From positions 1 to 54,679 of IMG/VR virus record IMGVR_UViG_3300030329_003092: a stretch of 54,679 nucleotides of DNA; one strand, 5' to 3'. Positions 34,007 through 43,192 of the stretch are shown piece by piece (within the stretch, counting starts at the first letter, position 1; each line of letters begins with the position of its first letter). Below the pieces are notes generated by a model. The model was given only the letters and a program-made list of their open reading frames with translations, had not been told where the DNA came from and did no database searches. The DNA is from a virus. Its lineage: Duplodnaviria; Caudoviricetes. Both the position numbers and the translations under genes were made by a program.

Positions 34007-35109
34007 CGACCCAGAATATGTGTCGAACTTTCTATTTGTCCAGCATAAGTCTGCTCAACAAACTTCGCCTTCTCGTGCAGTTCTCCAATAGTTCTACAAC
34101 CAGAATAAGAAAGCCCTGATCGTACACCCCTCTCTAGATCGTCTAGAATAAAACCAACTGGTCCCTTGTATGGAATAGTTGTAGAGATACCCTCAAGGGA
34201 ACTAAACCTTCCATGCCAGTCCATTTGCGCTTCTTTACTAGCCATTCCTCTATAGGCTTTATACTTCTCGCCTCGACGATTCTCATAGATGTCTCCTGGG
34301 GCTTCATCGGTTCCCGCAAGAAGCGACCCCAACATTACAAAGTCTGCACCGGCTGCTAGAGCCTTTACTATGTCTCCGCTTGTTTTAATGCCGCCATCGG
34401 CAACAATCTTAACGTCACGAGTCGTTTGCGCGCAATCAATTATTGTCTGGAGTGTTGGGAGTCCATGACCTGTCTGAATTCTAGTTGAACAGATACTTCC
34501 GCCTCCGATACCAACTCGTACGCTATCTGCACCCCAATCAGCTAAATCGTCCACAGCTTGCCTTGTCGCGACGTTTCCTGCCATGATATGTACATTGGAG
34601 CCTAAAGCGTCTCTAAGCTCCTTAAGAGCGGTCTTAACTAGCTTATGGTGACCATGAGCTACGTCTAGACAAAAGACTCTAACACCGGCCTCGTTTAAAG
34701 CAACCGCTCTCTTGAGGAAATCCCCAGTTGTTCCAATTGCCGCAGCTAACTCGTAAGGCTCAACTATATCAATCTCATCGACGTATCCAGTAAATATTTT
34801 ATCAGTCTCTGCCCAATGCTGGCTAAGGATTGTTTCTGCGAGCTTTACCTGCTCTTCAATCGAATTATACCTATGAATCACGCCTAGGCCCCCAGCTTGT
34901 GCCAGAGCGCACGCCATCTCAACTTCTGTGACCGTATCCATTGGGCTGGATATAATCGGCAAAGAAAAAGAAAGATCGCCTAAACTGTTTGATAGATCGA
35001 TCTCGCTTCTGCTCTCAATATCAGAATATTGCGGCAACAGCAGCAAATCCTCAAACGCATACCCTTTATCGAAGGCACCTGCTTGTTTTCCATTCTTATC
35101 AATCTTCAA
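34003..35109 (-). CDS. IMP dehydrogenase / GMP reductase family (no CBS domain)
   Basis: [48 protein letters not shown]. Confidence 0.9.
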   Translation of the reverse strand: MKIDKNGKQAGAFDKGYAFEDLLLLPQYSDIESRSEIDLSNSLGDLSFSLPIISSPMDTVTEVEMACALAQAGGLGVIHRYNSIEEQVKLAETILSQHWAETDKIFTGYVDEIDIVEPYELAAAIGTTGDFLKRAVALNEAGVRVFCLDVAHGHHKLVKTALKELRDALGSNVHIMAGNVATRQAVDDLADWGADSVRVGIGGGSICSTRIQTGHGLPTLQTIIDCAQTTRDVKIVADGGIKTSGDIVKALAAGADFVMLGSLLAGTDEAPGDIYENRRGEKYKAYRGMASKEAQMDWHGRFSSLEGISTTIPYKGPVGFILDDLERGVRSGLSYSGCRTIGELHEKAKFVEQTYAGQIESSTHILGR

Positions 35110-35386
35110 CTTCTACTCCTCGGTTTTTGAAATCCTCTATGATCTTGTTTGCTGTTTCCCAACAAGGGGGGCAATAAAGATTAACTTTCTTTTCAGCTTC
35201 GCGAACACAGACATTCCATGAGCTTAACATATCTCTGTCTTGCTTGTCAAATGGTTTTTCGCAATTTGTGCACTCCTCTGGTAACTGAAAGAAGAGGCCC
35301 ACTTTTTCATTCATATCTTTTTGCGCGTCCTTCTTCTTTTTAGCGATACCTTGGCGCTGTATCTTTCTTTTCATTTTGTTTCCCAT
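35099..35386 (-). CDS. hypothetical zinc-finger protein
   Basis: CTNC...CPPC. Confidence 0.7.
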   Translation of the reverse strand: MGNKMKRKIQRQGIAKKKKDAQKDMNEKVGLFFQLPEECTNCEKPFDKQDRDMLSSWNVCVREAEKKVNLYCPPCWETANKIIEDFKNRGVEVED

Positions 35387-35862
35387 TAAAATTCTCCTGT
35401 TGATCCAAATCCGCCTGATCCTCTGGAAGTCTCTCCAGAAGCCGGATCGTGTTTAGTTTCTACTATTTCTGGTGTGGCAATTGGTACCACGACTGCTTGT
35501 GCAATTTTCTGGTTTGGCTCAATCATCTGATTTTGCCTACCAATATTCTGAAGGTTGACATATATCTCGCCAGTATAGCCAGCGTCGACCACACAAGCAC
35601 CAACTATCAATCGCTTCTTTGTCGCGACACCAGACTTGTTTTTAATCTCCAACATGTAGCCGCTAGGCAAATCCACCTTCAAGCCTGTTGGAATTAAGCA
35701 ACTTTCCCCAGCGGCAATCAAAATTGTATCACCCTCCCACTTACACTTAGAACTCCAATCACGGTCTGGGCAATAGAATATATCCGCACCGGCATCTGTT
35801 GGGTGTGCTCTTTCTGGTAGCTTGGCGTCCTCTCTAACTTTATAAAAGGATATTCTCTCCAT
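35386..35862 (-). CDS. dut: trimeric dUTPase
   Basis: AGADI, KSG, VVDAGYTGEI, KIAQ, RGSGGFGSTG. Confidence 0.95.
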   Translation of the reverse strand: MERISFYKVREDAKLPERAHPTDAGADIFYCPDRDWSSKCKWEGDTILIAAGESCLIPTGLKVDLPSGYMLEIKNKSGVATKKRLIVGACVVDAGYTGEIYVNLQNIGRQNQMIEPNQKIAQAVVVPIATPEIVETKHDPASGETSRGSGGFGSTGEF

Positions 35863-35872
35863 TTTTTCCTCC

Positions 35873-38800
35873 TTATCCTACTAATCTTAAGTTATGCCTT
35901 ATTGATCGAGTTGAGAAGCCCCATTGTTCTTCCCAGTTCAATCGGCCAATATATGGTCGGTTAAGGTAAACCTTGTCCTTGTCTCTCACACCCCAACACT
36001 TGATAGAGGTTGAAATATTGTTAGAGTCAATAACTCGCAGAATCCAGTAATCCTTACCATTCTTGGTCTTTCTTTTTATTATCTCTCTCGGAATAAACCA
36101 CACGACCTCCAGATCTGGATCATACTCCGAGATCGGTGGAATGAAGTTGTCGTCCAACTTTTTACGTGTGCTGTCGTTTAACACCAAGTCCATTGGAAAC
36201 AAGCCTGTAAGCTCAGACAAGTTGTGGATATTCTCTTCGACAGAGAAGTCACCCTCCTCCATGTAAGCCTCGATAGACTCGTTGAGCTTCTTTTGGCTCT
36301 TTGGCCGGTCAGCAATTGTTGCTGCCCAGAAGTGTTTCATGCCCGTGAAGCGGCGATCCTTCAAAGAATCCAAAGCGCCGGCTCGACACATAACATCCAG
36401 AGCCTTCTTGTTCAGTTTGCTGTAAACGATTTCCTCGTTGAACAAAAGCTGCTCAATAGTGTTGAAAGGTCTATGATTTAATATCTGCTCAATAGCTGCC
36501 TCACCGAGGCCCTTGATCGAAGTCAGAGGCTGAATCAAAGTCTTTGCGTCGTCCGAGATCTCCCACGTTGTACCGGAAGTATTAATGTTCAATTTTTCAA
36601 TATTAAATCCAAAGGACTTGGCGATGTTGATTGCCTTCTCTTTTCGCTTCTCCGGCTCTTTGTCGAGAAACGCCGCCATCCACTCAGCGGGATAGTAATT
36701 AAGAAGATAGGCACACTGATAGCTAAGAACGCTGTAGCTGACAGCGTGGGACTTATTAAAGCCGTACCCTGAGAAGTACTCGAACGTTTGCCACAGTTCA
36801 TTTGCCTTTTGTTTCGTAAGTCCGTTATCGATACAACCTTCGACGAACTTGTCGAAGATCTTTTGCTTTTTCTTTTCATGATCTCCTGTACCTTTCTTTG
36901 TCAATAGTTTACGAAGAGTGTTGCCTTCGTCAAGCGTAATGTTCTTTCCAAGCTTGTGAGCCAGTAGAGCGATTTGCTCTTGGAAAATCAAGTAGCCATA
37001 AGTCTCAGCGGTAACCTCTTGGATTATCTCATGCCCATAACTAATGCCGGAGGGATTACTCTTAGCCTCCACATATGTTTGATCCACCTTGGCGCTCAGT
37101 GGGCCGGGGCGATAGATAGAAGTAATAGCTGAAATGTCAATGATATTCTTGGGTTTTGCTCGAACACAAAATTCTTGAGCGCCCTTCTCGCTGAACTGGA
37201 ATACGCCAGCCCACTTCCCCTTGTGGAAGATATTCTTATATACATTTTGATCTTCCAAGTCGATAACATCTGGGTGCAGGTGAGCGTTGTAATATTCTTT
37301 AACCTGTTCGAACGTGGGGTTCTTAACTCCATGATGTCGAATAAGAATATGACGCACTGCGTCTTCAATCATTCTCAAAGAAGCCAGACCTAAAATATCA
37401 AACTTAATAAAGCCAAGCGGCTCTAAGTGTCGAACATTCTGCCCCTCACTCCACGGGGTCTGTCTAACCCCTCCGCTATTGATCAGCGGCATCCACTTAT
37501 CGAGATCCTCACCGATCACAACTCCTCCAGCATGGCGCGAAACACTACGGACTTGGCCGAGCAAAGCTTCAACGTGAGTCTTGACATGGGGATATCTGTT
37601 TAGGAAGTTCTTAAGAGACTCTGAGTAGCTCATGACTTCTTCAAACGTTGGAGCATACACCCCAGCCTTAATCCCGTGAACCTTCTTTGCAATCGGCGTT
37701 GCTTCTTGAATCATACGGCCCGTAACCAAATTGACTTCCGAGAAAGGAATATCATAAAACTTAGATACGTCTTTGATAAGAGAGCGAAGCTGTAGTGTGT
37801 TATAGTTAGAAATCGGCACAACAGTCGAATCGCCCCATTCCTCGATCAGCATTTCTTTAAGCTGCATGGGCGAAGCAACATCGTAGTCGATATCTGGGTA
37901 ATCAACTGCGTCTCGTCGAAGGAATCGAGAAAACAAAAGACCGTATTTGATAGGGTCAATCTGAGTAATATCTAGAACATACGCAACGAGGGAGCCCGCA
38001 GCGGAACCTCGACCAGGGCCTGTAAGTTGAACCGAAGAGGCTTTATCTGCGACCGCTTCCATTGTTAGGAAGTACTTAGCAAATCCCCTGTCCTTAATAA
38101 CCTCAAGCTCAAGCTTAAGCCTGTCAACATACTCCGTATCCTGTGCAAGATCTTTGGATTTGAGACCAGCGAGACACTTTTCCGTCAACGCCTGAATGTC
38201 TGTTTTACCCTTTGGAACAACAAATTGAGGTAGACGAACGTTATCGTCTGGCATGAAGTCCTCGATGAGATCATGAGCGATATGGTGACTTCTCTTAATT
38301 GAGTCTAGAACCAGTTCATCGTCGTAATCAATCTTAGCTTCTTTAGAATATTTGTGATAAGATTCATACATCTGCTCGCCGTTCTTTGGATATAGCTCGT
38401 AGCCAATCTCTTCTACTCCACCAGGGAGGTCTGCGTCCATGTACTCTGGGAGGCCACCCTTGCCGAGCCATCCGATTCTCTTGTAAAGTTCTCGGTCCTT
38501 CCAGGCGTCTGGACTAGGATAGTGACTGTCAGCAGTAGAAATTAATGGTACGTCATGCTCGCGACAAACCTGAATGATATATTGGTTTAATAGATGCTGA
38601 TCGGGAATATTGTTCCACTGTAACTCTCCGAACCATCTTTCACCGAAGACATTCTTCATCCGGATCGTAGTTTCTCGCATAGCTTGGAGAACAGCTTCTT
38701 CACCGTTATCGCGATTGTCCCAATAATTACCAGCGTATACTCCACCAAGACAAGCACTGGCAGCGATAACACCGTCACTATGCCGAGACAGCAAATCATA

Positions 38801-39280
38801 ATCCATTCTAGGGTATCTATAAAAGTTTTCATCTCTATAACTCTCCGAAACTAGCTTAAATATGTTGTTCAAACCCGTTTGGTTCTGTGCCAGAAGAATT
38901 AGGTGTCTTCTCTGCTTGAGAATATCCTTAACCTTCCGCTTCGAAGCGGCCTCATCTTCAATACTTAAGTTAACATCTTTATCGATTTTCTTTTTCTGTT
39001 CTTTGGCTTTCTGATATTCTTCTCTCCAAAGATCCAAAGAAGGGAGGAAATAAGCTTCAACTCCAAAAATAGGTTTAAAATTCGTGCCGGCTGCTTTCAA
39101 CTTCCTCGCAAACAAAACTTGATACGGAAGCCCATTCATGTGACCATGGTCTGTTAGTGCAAGACCATCGCAACCGTTATCAAGTGCAAATTTCATATGG
39201 TCTTGTGGGTAACCAAGACCGTCGTTCAGGCTCAAACCACTATGGGCATGAAGCCCAACAAAAGGTATTTTCTTAGACAA
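35873..39280 (-). CDS. dnaE: DNA polymerase III alpha subunit (family C)
   Basis: PHP domain HAHS/TDHG, GRGSAAGS, PDIDYD, RHAGG, KFDILGL, YGFNKSH. Confidence 0.95.
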   Translation of the reverse strand: MSKKIPFVGLHAHSGLSLNDGLGYPQDHMKFALDNGCDGLALTDHGHMNGLPYQVLFARKLKAAGTNFKPIFGVEAYFLPSLDLWREEYQKAKEQKKKIDKDVNLSIEDEAASKRKVKDILKQRRHLILLAQNQTGLNNIFKLVSESYRDENFYRYPRMDYDLLSRHSDGVIAASACLGGVYAGNYWDNRDNGEEAVLQAMRETTIRMKNVFGERWFGELQWNNIPDQHLLNQYIIQVCREHDVPLISTADSHYPSPDAWKDRELYKRIGWLGKGGLPEYMDADLPGGVEEIGYELYPKNGEQMYESYHKYSKEAKIDYDDELVLDSIKRSHHIAHDLIEDFMPDDNVRLPQFVVPKGKTDIQALTEKCLAGLKSKDLAQDTEYVDRLKLELEVIKDRGFAKYFLTMEAVADKASSVQLTGPGRGSAAGSLVAYVLDITQIDPIKYGLLFSRFLRRDAVDYPDIDYDVASPMQLKEMLIEEWGDSTVVPISNYNTLQLRSLIKDVSKFYDIPFSEVNLVTGRMIQEATPIAKKVHGIKAGVYAPTFEEVMSYSESLKNFLNRYPHVKTHVEALLGQVRSVSRHAGGVVIGEDLDKWMPLINSGGVRQTPWSEGQNVRHLEPLGFIKFDILGLASLRMIEDAVRHILIRHHGVKNPTFEQVKEYYNAHLHPDVIDLEDQNVYKNIFHKGKWAGVFQFSEKGAQEFCVRAKPKNIIDISAITSIYRPGPLSAKVDQTYVEAKSNPSGISYGHEIIQEVTAETYGYLIFQEQIALLAHKLGKNITLDEGNTLRKLLTKKGTGDHEKKKQKIFDKFVEGCIDNGLTKQKANELWQTFEYFSGYGFNKSHAVSYSVLSYQCAYLLNYYPAEWMAAFLDKEPEKRKEKAINIAKSFGFNIEKLNINTSGTTWEISDDAKTLIQPLTSIKGLGEAAIEQILNHRPFNTIEQLLFNEEIVYSKLNKKALDVMCRAGALDSLKDRRFTGMKHFWAATIADRPKSQKKLNESIEAYMEEGDFSVEENIHNLSELTGLFPMDLVLNDSTRKKLDDNFIPPISEYDPDLEVVWFIPREIIKRKTKNGKDYWILRVIDSNNISTSIKCWGVRDKDKVYLNRPYIGRLNWEEQWGFSTRSIRHNLRLVG

Positions 39281-39307
39281 ACTACTACTCCAATTATTTA
39301 CAGTACT

Positions 39308-39336
39308 ACATTAGCACATTTATATTGACGTGTCAA
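39308..39336 (-). promoter_or_regulatory. sigma70-type promoter for the dnaE operon
   Basis: TTGACA-17-TAATGT with TG extension. Confidence 0.65.
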
Positions 39337-39344
39337 GTATTTTT

Positions 39345-40349
39345 TTAATCAGTGGATATTGTATTTGGTAGAGACACCGCGCGGATGAAAAGATCTGGGT
39401 ATTCAGCTTCATCTGTCCCTCCCCATTTCCAAGTATGACCAGTTGTTCTGCCAGCGGTTCCCACATAATAAGTGTAGGAAGTACCGGCAGTGAGGCCGTT
39501 CAAATACCAGCTATGTGTTAATATCTCGTGAGAAGAACTTGCGGTATCGTTGGATGGTACTCTCACTTTCTTTACAAAACGAGTGCCTATAGAATTCCAA
39601 CTAGACGCATCCGATAAGCCAAGATATAAGAAGTCAAAATTAGCGCCAGTGTCTGAATGACAGTATCCTTGAAATTGAATCTCCACTTTCCCACTTGCAG
39701 GTGCCGTAAATGTAACTTTCCAATTCGTATTTGGCACCACCATGCTAGTAGTAACGTCGTACTCTGCATAGCTGCTCGCACCGCTGTTAGTAAGGATTGT
39801 GGCCCCAAGGATGAGGCCACCCATTTCATAAAGGTCAAGAGGGTTTTGAGGGGCCGTCGTGCCAATTCCCACGTTGCCGGCTGAAGATATTCTCATTCTC
39901 TCTGTGCTTGTGGTGTCGTCGTCTTGATCATCGGGCGCTGTACCAAACACAAGATAGCCACCTTTGTCAAGAGTAGAGTGGTGTTCCGAAGCGTAGCCCG
40001 CTATGTATGCAGAAGCCTCTGTTGTTCTGCTCGGGCGGTTTCCGTCTGCCGAGTCGAAACCGATCCCACCAAGAATATTATCTGGGTATACTGCTCCGTC
40101 ATAGCGAATAATCATTATGCCTTCGTCGCCGTCGCCACCTTCATGATGTATCTCTATATTATGGTTTGGAGTGGTGAAACAACCTAAACCAACCCTATCG
40201 TTGCCGGCGTCAACATACACCGCGTAGTCCCTGTTGTCCGACTCGATCCTAAAGTCTACGTCCTTGCTGTGCTCATTAAAGGTCGCTGACCCTGTTACAG
40301 CAAGCGATCCCGAAATCTTTGTATTGTCTCCAAACTCTGAACCAGACAT
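39345..40349 (-). CDS. tail-fibre-like structural protein
   Basis: ERMRISSAGNVGIGTTAP and DRVGLG beta repeats; G/S/T-rich; C-terminal beta-sandwich (LTAGTSYTY). Confidence 0.7.
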   Translation of the reverse strand: MSGSEFGDNTKISGSLAVTGSATFNEHSKDVDFRIESDNRDYAVYVDAGNDRVGLGCFTTPNHNIEIHHEGGDGDEGIMIIRYDGAVYPDNILGGIGFDSADGNRPSRTTEASAYIAGYASEHHSTLDKGGYLVFGTAPDDQDDDTTSTERMRISSAGNVGIGTTAPQNPLDLYEMGGLILGATILTNSGASSYAEYDVTTSMVVPNTNWKVTFTAPASGKVEIQFQGYCHSDTGANFDFLYLGLSDASSWNSIGTRFVKKVRVPSNDTASSSHEILTHSWYLNGLTAGTSYTYYVGTAGRTTGHTWKWGGTDEAEYPDLFIRAVSLPNTISTD

Positions 40350-41194
40350 TATTGTTCCTCCGAAGGTATCCTGTTTAAAAGCTTCCTTTTTAAAATGAAG
40401 TCCGATACCGGTATAAGTAGTTTGGAGTTTTCAGAACCAACATATGAAGAATAATCTTCCCAGTTGTCAATCTTGTTGTACCAAGGCACAGGTATGTTGA
40501 TTCTATTGTCAGTACTTAAGTAACAAAACAACTCCGCCAACTTTGTTTTTTGAACACCCCTTCCGAGAGATTTATAATTTTCTTTAAAACGATCTCTTAA
40601 AATAAAAAAATCTTCCGCGTCGAAAGAAAAGCCTAGGTATTCCCCCTCAACAACACTGGAACCATTGTTGGAAAGAATAACTTTGTTTTTACTAGAAATA
40701 TGTTTTCTGTGTTCTCTTAGCAACTGTGGGTCATAAATTCCCCACGGGAAAGAGGCATAGTATCTGTCTGGAGTTACCCAGCGACTTATCTTCTTACTAA
40801 CAAAGTAAGCGGAGTTTGCTCCGTAGAGAACGCTCCAGGCTATCGAGTTTCTCTTGAGCCTGTCCTTTGGATGCACTGGGACATAAAAAATAGGAATGTG
40901 TTTCTGGAATTCGCTAGGGTGTTTACGAAAACTATTAGTTGCGAACACAGGGTCTAAAATATAATCGCCCAGTCGACTCTTCACTAAAGGTTGCACGTCC
41001 TCATTGCAGACAATCCATATTGTCTCGCAACCGGCATACGCACACTCTAGCACCGACCGCTCTACCGCCAAATAATCTTTTCCAATTGGCATCAAGCAAT
41101 CGTCCCATGGGAAATTAAAATCCATGGGCTGTCCTGCAACCGGTATTATGCCAGCGAGATGAAACGAGTTTATATTTTCTTCTCCACTATCCAT
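40349..41194 (-). CDS. sugar-phosphate nucleotidyltransferase-like protein (degenerate)
   Basis: AGIIPVAG...CLMPIG...AGCETIWIV resembles the NTP-transferase N-terminus; G.GTR and K motifs missing. Confidence 0.55.
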   Translation of the reverse strand: MDSGEENINSFHLAGIIPVAGQPMDFNFPWDDCLMPIGKDYLAVERSVLECAYAGCETIWIVCNEDVQPLVKSRLGDYILDPVFATNSFRKHPSEFQKHIPIFYVPVHPKDRLKRNSIAWSVLYGANSAYFVSKKISRWVTPDRYYASFPWGIYDPQLLREHRKHISSKNKVILSNNGSSVVEGEYLGFSFDAEDFFILRDRFKENYKSLGRGVQKTKLAELFCYLSTDNRINIPVPWYNKIDNWEDYSSYVGSENSKLLIPVSDFILKRKLLNRIPSEEQ

Positions 41195-42089
41195 TAATTA
41201 TTTTATATATTTTATACTGCTCCGAGTTTAAATCTGGGTTGTAGTGGTTTAACACAAACTCATCTTCAAGATCTACGAATGTTATACTGTCCGTATCTTC
41301 ATATTGATCCATGTTTTGTTTAAACATCTTCCTATACCCGCTGACTAACTTTATTTTTCCATACAACTGAATGTCTGGGTTTTTCGGATCCTTGCCGTTT
41401 TTAGGACCCTTGATTCCGTGTTGTTGCATTGTTGACTCAACTTTAAATTTTGTCATTGTATCTGCATAATCCCAAGAAATCAATTCATGATTCTCTAAAT
41501 AAGATACGGCCAAGATATCTCTGTGGCTAGAGAATCGACTGGTTTTCTTTTTAAAAAAGATTTCATTCACAAACCTATCTTCTGTCTTTATATAATCGAT
41601 ATCGTGCTTGCCGCAAGACTTGACATGTATTATGTCGATAACCTTGTATTTGTCACACTTCTTCTTTGACCGGGGCAAGCCTCTTATTTGCATGTCATCG
41701 AAAACTATTAAATTATTAAACTTTATGGTTGGGAAGCCATTTTGTAAAGTTAGCCCCCTAATGGTTTTCTTTTCTTCGTCAACTCGAAGGCTCAGAAATC
41801 TTTCTCCTCCGACAATAAGCCCTGCGGCATTTAGAGAAAACATTAGCTTTGTCCAAAGCTCGATCTTCTGAAGCCCTTTTATCTCGGTACCAGTTGACGT
41901 TCTAAGCTTATTCTCCACTTGCTCTAGTAAAAGCTTGCTTAAGTCCATGTCTGGCTCGAAGAACTCTGTTAACGAAGGCTTCTTCTTTGTTATAAAGATT
42001 ATCGGAATCGAGTGATAAAAAGAGTAAAGAGCGGCGTTTAGGCCGCTCCCAACTATTATCTTATCATAAGTGGCATCCAGTTTACTCAT
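41187..42089 (-). CDS. hypothetical protein with Rossmann-like N-terminus
   Basis: YDKIIVGSGLNA; start reassigned to MSKLD. Confidence 0.6.
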   Translation of the reverse strand: MSKLDATYDKIIVGSGLNAALYSFYHSIPIIFITKKKPSLTEFFEPDMDLSKLLLEQVENKLRTSTGTEIKGLQKIELWTKLMFSLNAAGLIVGGERFLSLRVDEEKKTIRGLTLQNGFPTIKFNNLIVFDDMQIRGLPRSKKKCDKYKVIDIIHVKSCGKHDIDYIKTEDRFVNEIFFKKKTSRFSSHRDILAVSYLENHELISWDYADTMTKFKVESTMQQHGIKGPKNGKDPKNPDIQLYGKIKLVSGYRKMFKQNMDQYEDTDSITFVDLEDEFVLNHYNPDLNSEQYKIYKIING

Positions 42090-42606
42090 AGCACCCCGGA
42101 ACATATTCTTGATTCAGATATTCCTTTTCTTCTAAATCCATTCTAAATTCCAGGCGTCTTGCGAGTCGCAACACCTTGGTTGCATATCGGTGACCCTTGT
42201 TTCTTTTGGCACCCGGTTTGCAGCGGCTTCCGCCTGCGTTATAAGAACACAAGCTTCGGCTGTAACTGTTGCGGTATCTTTTCAAGAAAAAGCCAAGAAT
42301 CTTAGTTCCTCTCCTAATACTTGTCGTCGGATCCAATAGTTGCTGGCATGTCAGCTTTTTACCAAACCTGTTTCTATAGCCGGCTGAAAACTTGGGGAGA
42401 ACCTGTGTCAACCCGCAGGCGTTTGATTTACTCACCGCTCTGGGGCTCCAGCGACTCTCGACATGAATCAAAGCCACCATCACAGTGGGATCCACTTCGT
42501 GCGCTTCCGCTGCTTCCACAACAGTATGCATATTTTCACACGCTATGTCGGCGTTTGGCAACGCTAGAGAAACATAAGCAGCACACAGCAACTCCACCAT
42601 ATTCAT
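42082..42606 (-). CDS. soluble lytic transglycosylase (SLT) domain protein
   Basis: IHVESRW (catalytic Glu), ACGLTQV, SYNAG; N-terminal hydrophobic segment. Confidence 0.9.
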   Translation of the reverse strand: MNMVELLCAAYVSLALPNADIACENMHTVVEAAEAHEVDPTVMVALIHVESRWSPRAVSKSNACGLTQVLPKFSAGYRNRFGKKLTCQQLLDPTTSIRRGTKILGFFLKRYRNSYSRSLCSYNAGGSRCKPGAKRNKGHRYATKVLRLARRLEFRMDLEEKEYLNQEYVPGCYE

Positions 42607-42881
42607 GACTTCAAAACTCCCAATACATGATTTTCCAAAATCAAAGAGAATTCGTTATCACGGAACTCTACCTTCTCGACCATTCCCTTGTTGAGTAAAA
42701 CCACGTCTCCCCTTGAAACCAACAAAGAGCAGGTTGGGGAAACGTCTTTTACTCTAGCTGCTGCGAACGGCTTATCAACTGGCTTGTAATCCTCTGGTAA
42801 TAGAATTGTTGGTTCTTCTTTTTCTTTTTTGTCCTCCAATAATTCTACAAGCAGATAACGATTTCGTGGTACCAGAAGCAT
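42603..42881 (-). CDS. groS: co-chaperonin GroES-like
   Basis: LVPRNRYLLVE, ILLPE mobile loop, GDVVL, ILENHVLGVL; start reassigned behind GGAGG. Confidence 0.75.
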   Translation of the reverse strand: MLLVPRNRYLLVELLEDKKEKEEPTILLPEDYKPVDKPFAAARVKDVSPTCSLLVSRGDVVLLNKGMVEKVEFRDNEFSLILENHVLGVLKS

Positions 42882-42882
42882 T

Positions 42883-43131
42883 TTAGCCTCCCACTGATTT
42901 GGAAACGTGTTTGAAGATTTCATTAAACTTAGTTAAATCCTCATCAGTCTTAAGCATTCGGTAAGCACGAATAGCAAGACGCATTTCTTCACGGGTAAGC
43001 CAACCATTATCAGCATACTCTTTTCGTAAATCACGCTTGTGTTCCTTGTAAGGTTGCATCTCGTGTTCTACAGCCGCGAACGACTTAATAAAGTTTTCTA
43101 CATAATTCTCTTTTTCTTTTTGTGTTGTCAT
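42883..43131 (-). CDS. small dsDNA-binding protein (GapR/DUF2312 or T4 DsbA-like)
   Basis: FIKSF..VE.E....KE.KRDL.KEY..NG......IR pattern. Confidence 0.55.
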   Translation of the reverse strand: MTTQKEKENYVENFIKSFAAVEHEMQPYKEHKRDLRKEYADNGWLTREEMRLAIRAYRMLKTDEDLTKFNEIFKHVSKSVGG

Positions 43132-43158
43132 AAAGACCTCCATTGTTTTATTGATGTT

Positions 43159-43187
43159 AATATAACATCGTTATGTAAAAATGTCAA
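43159..43187 (-). promoter_or_regulatory. sigma70-type promoter
   Basis: TTGACA-17-TATATT with TG extension. Confidence 0.75.
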
Positions 43188-43192
43188 GTGTT

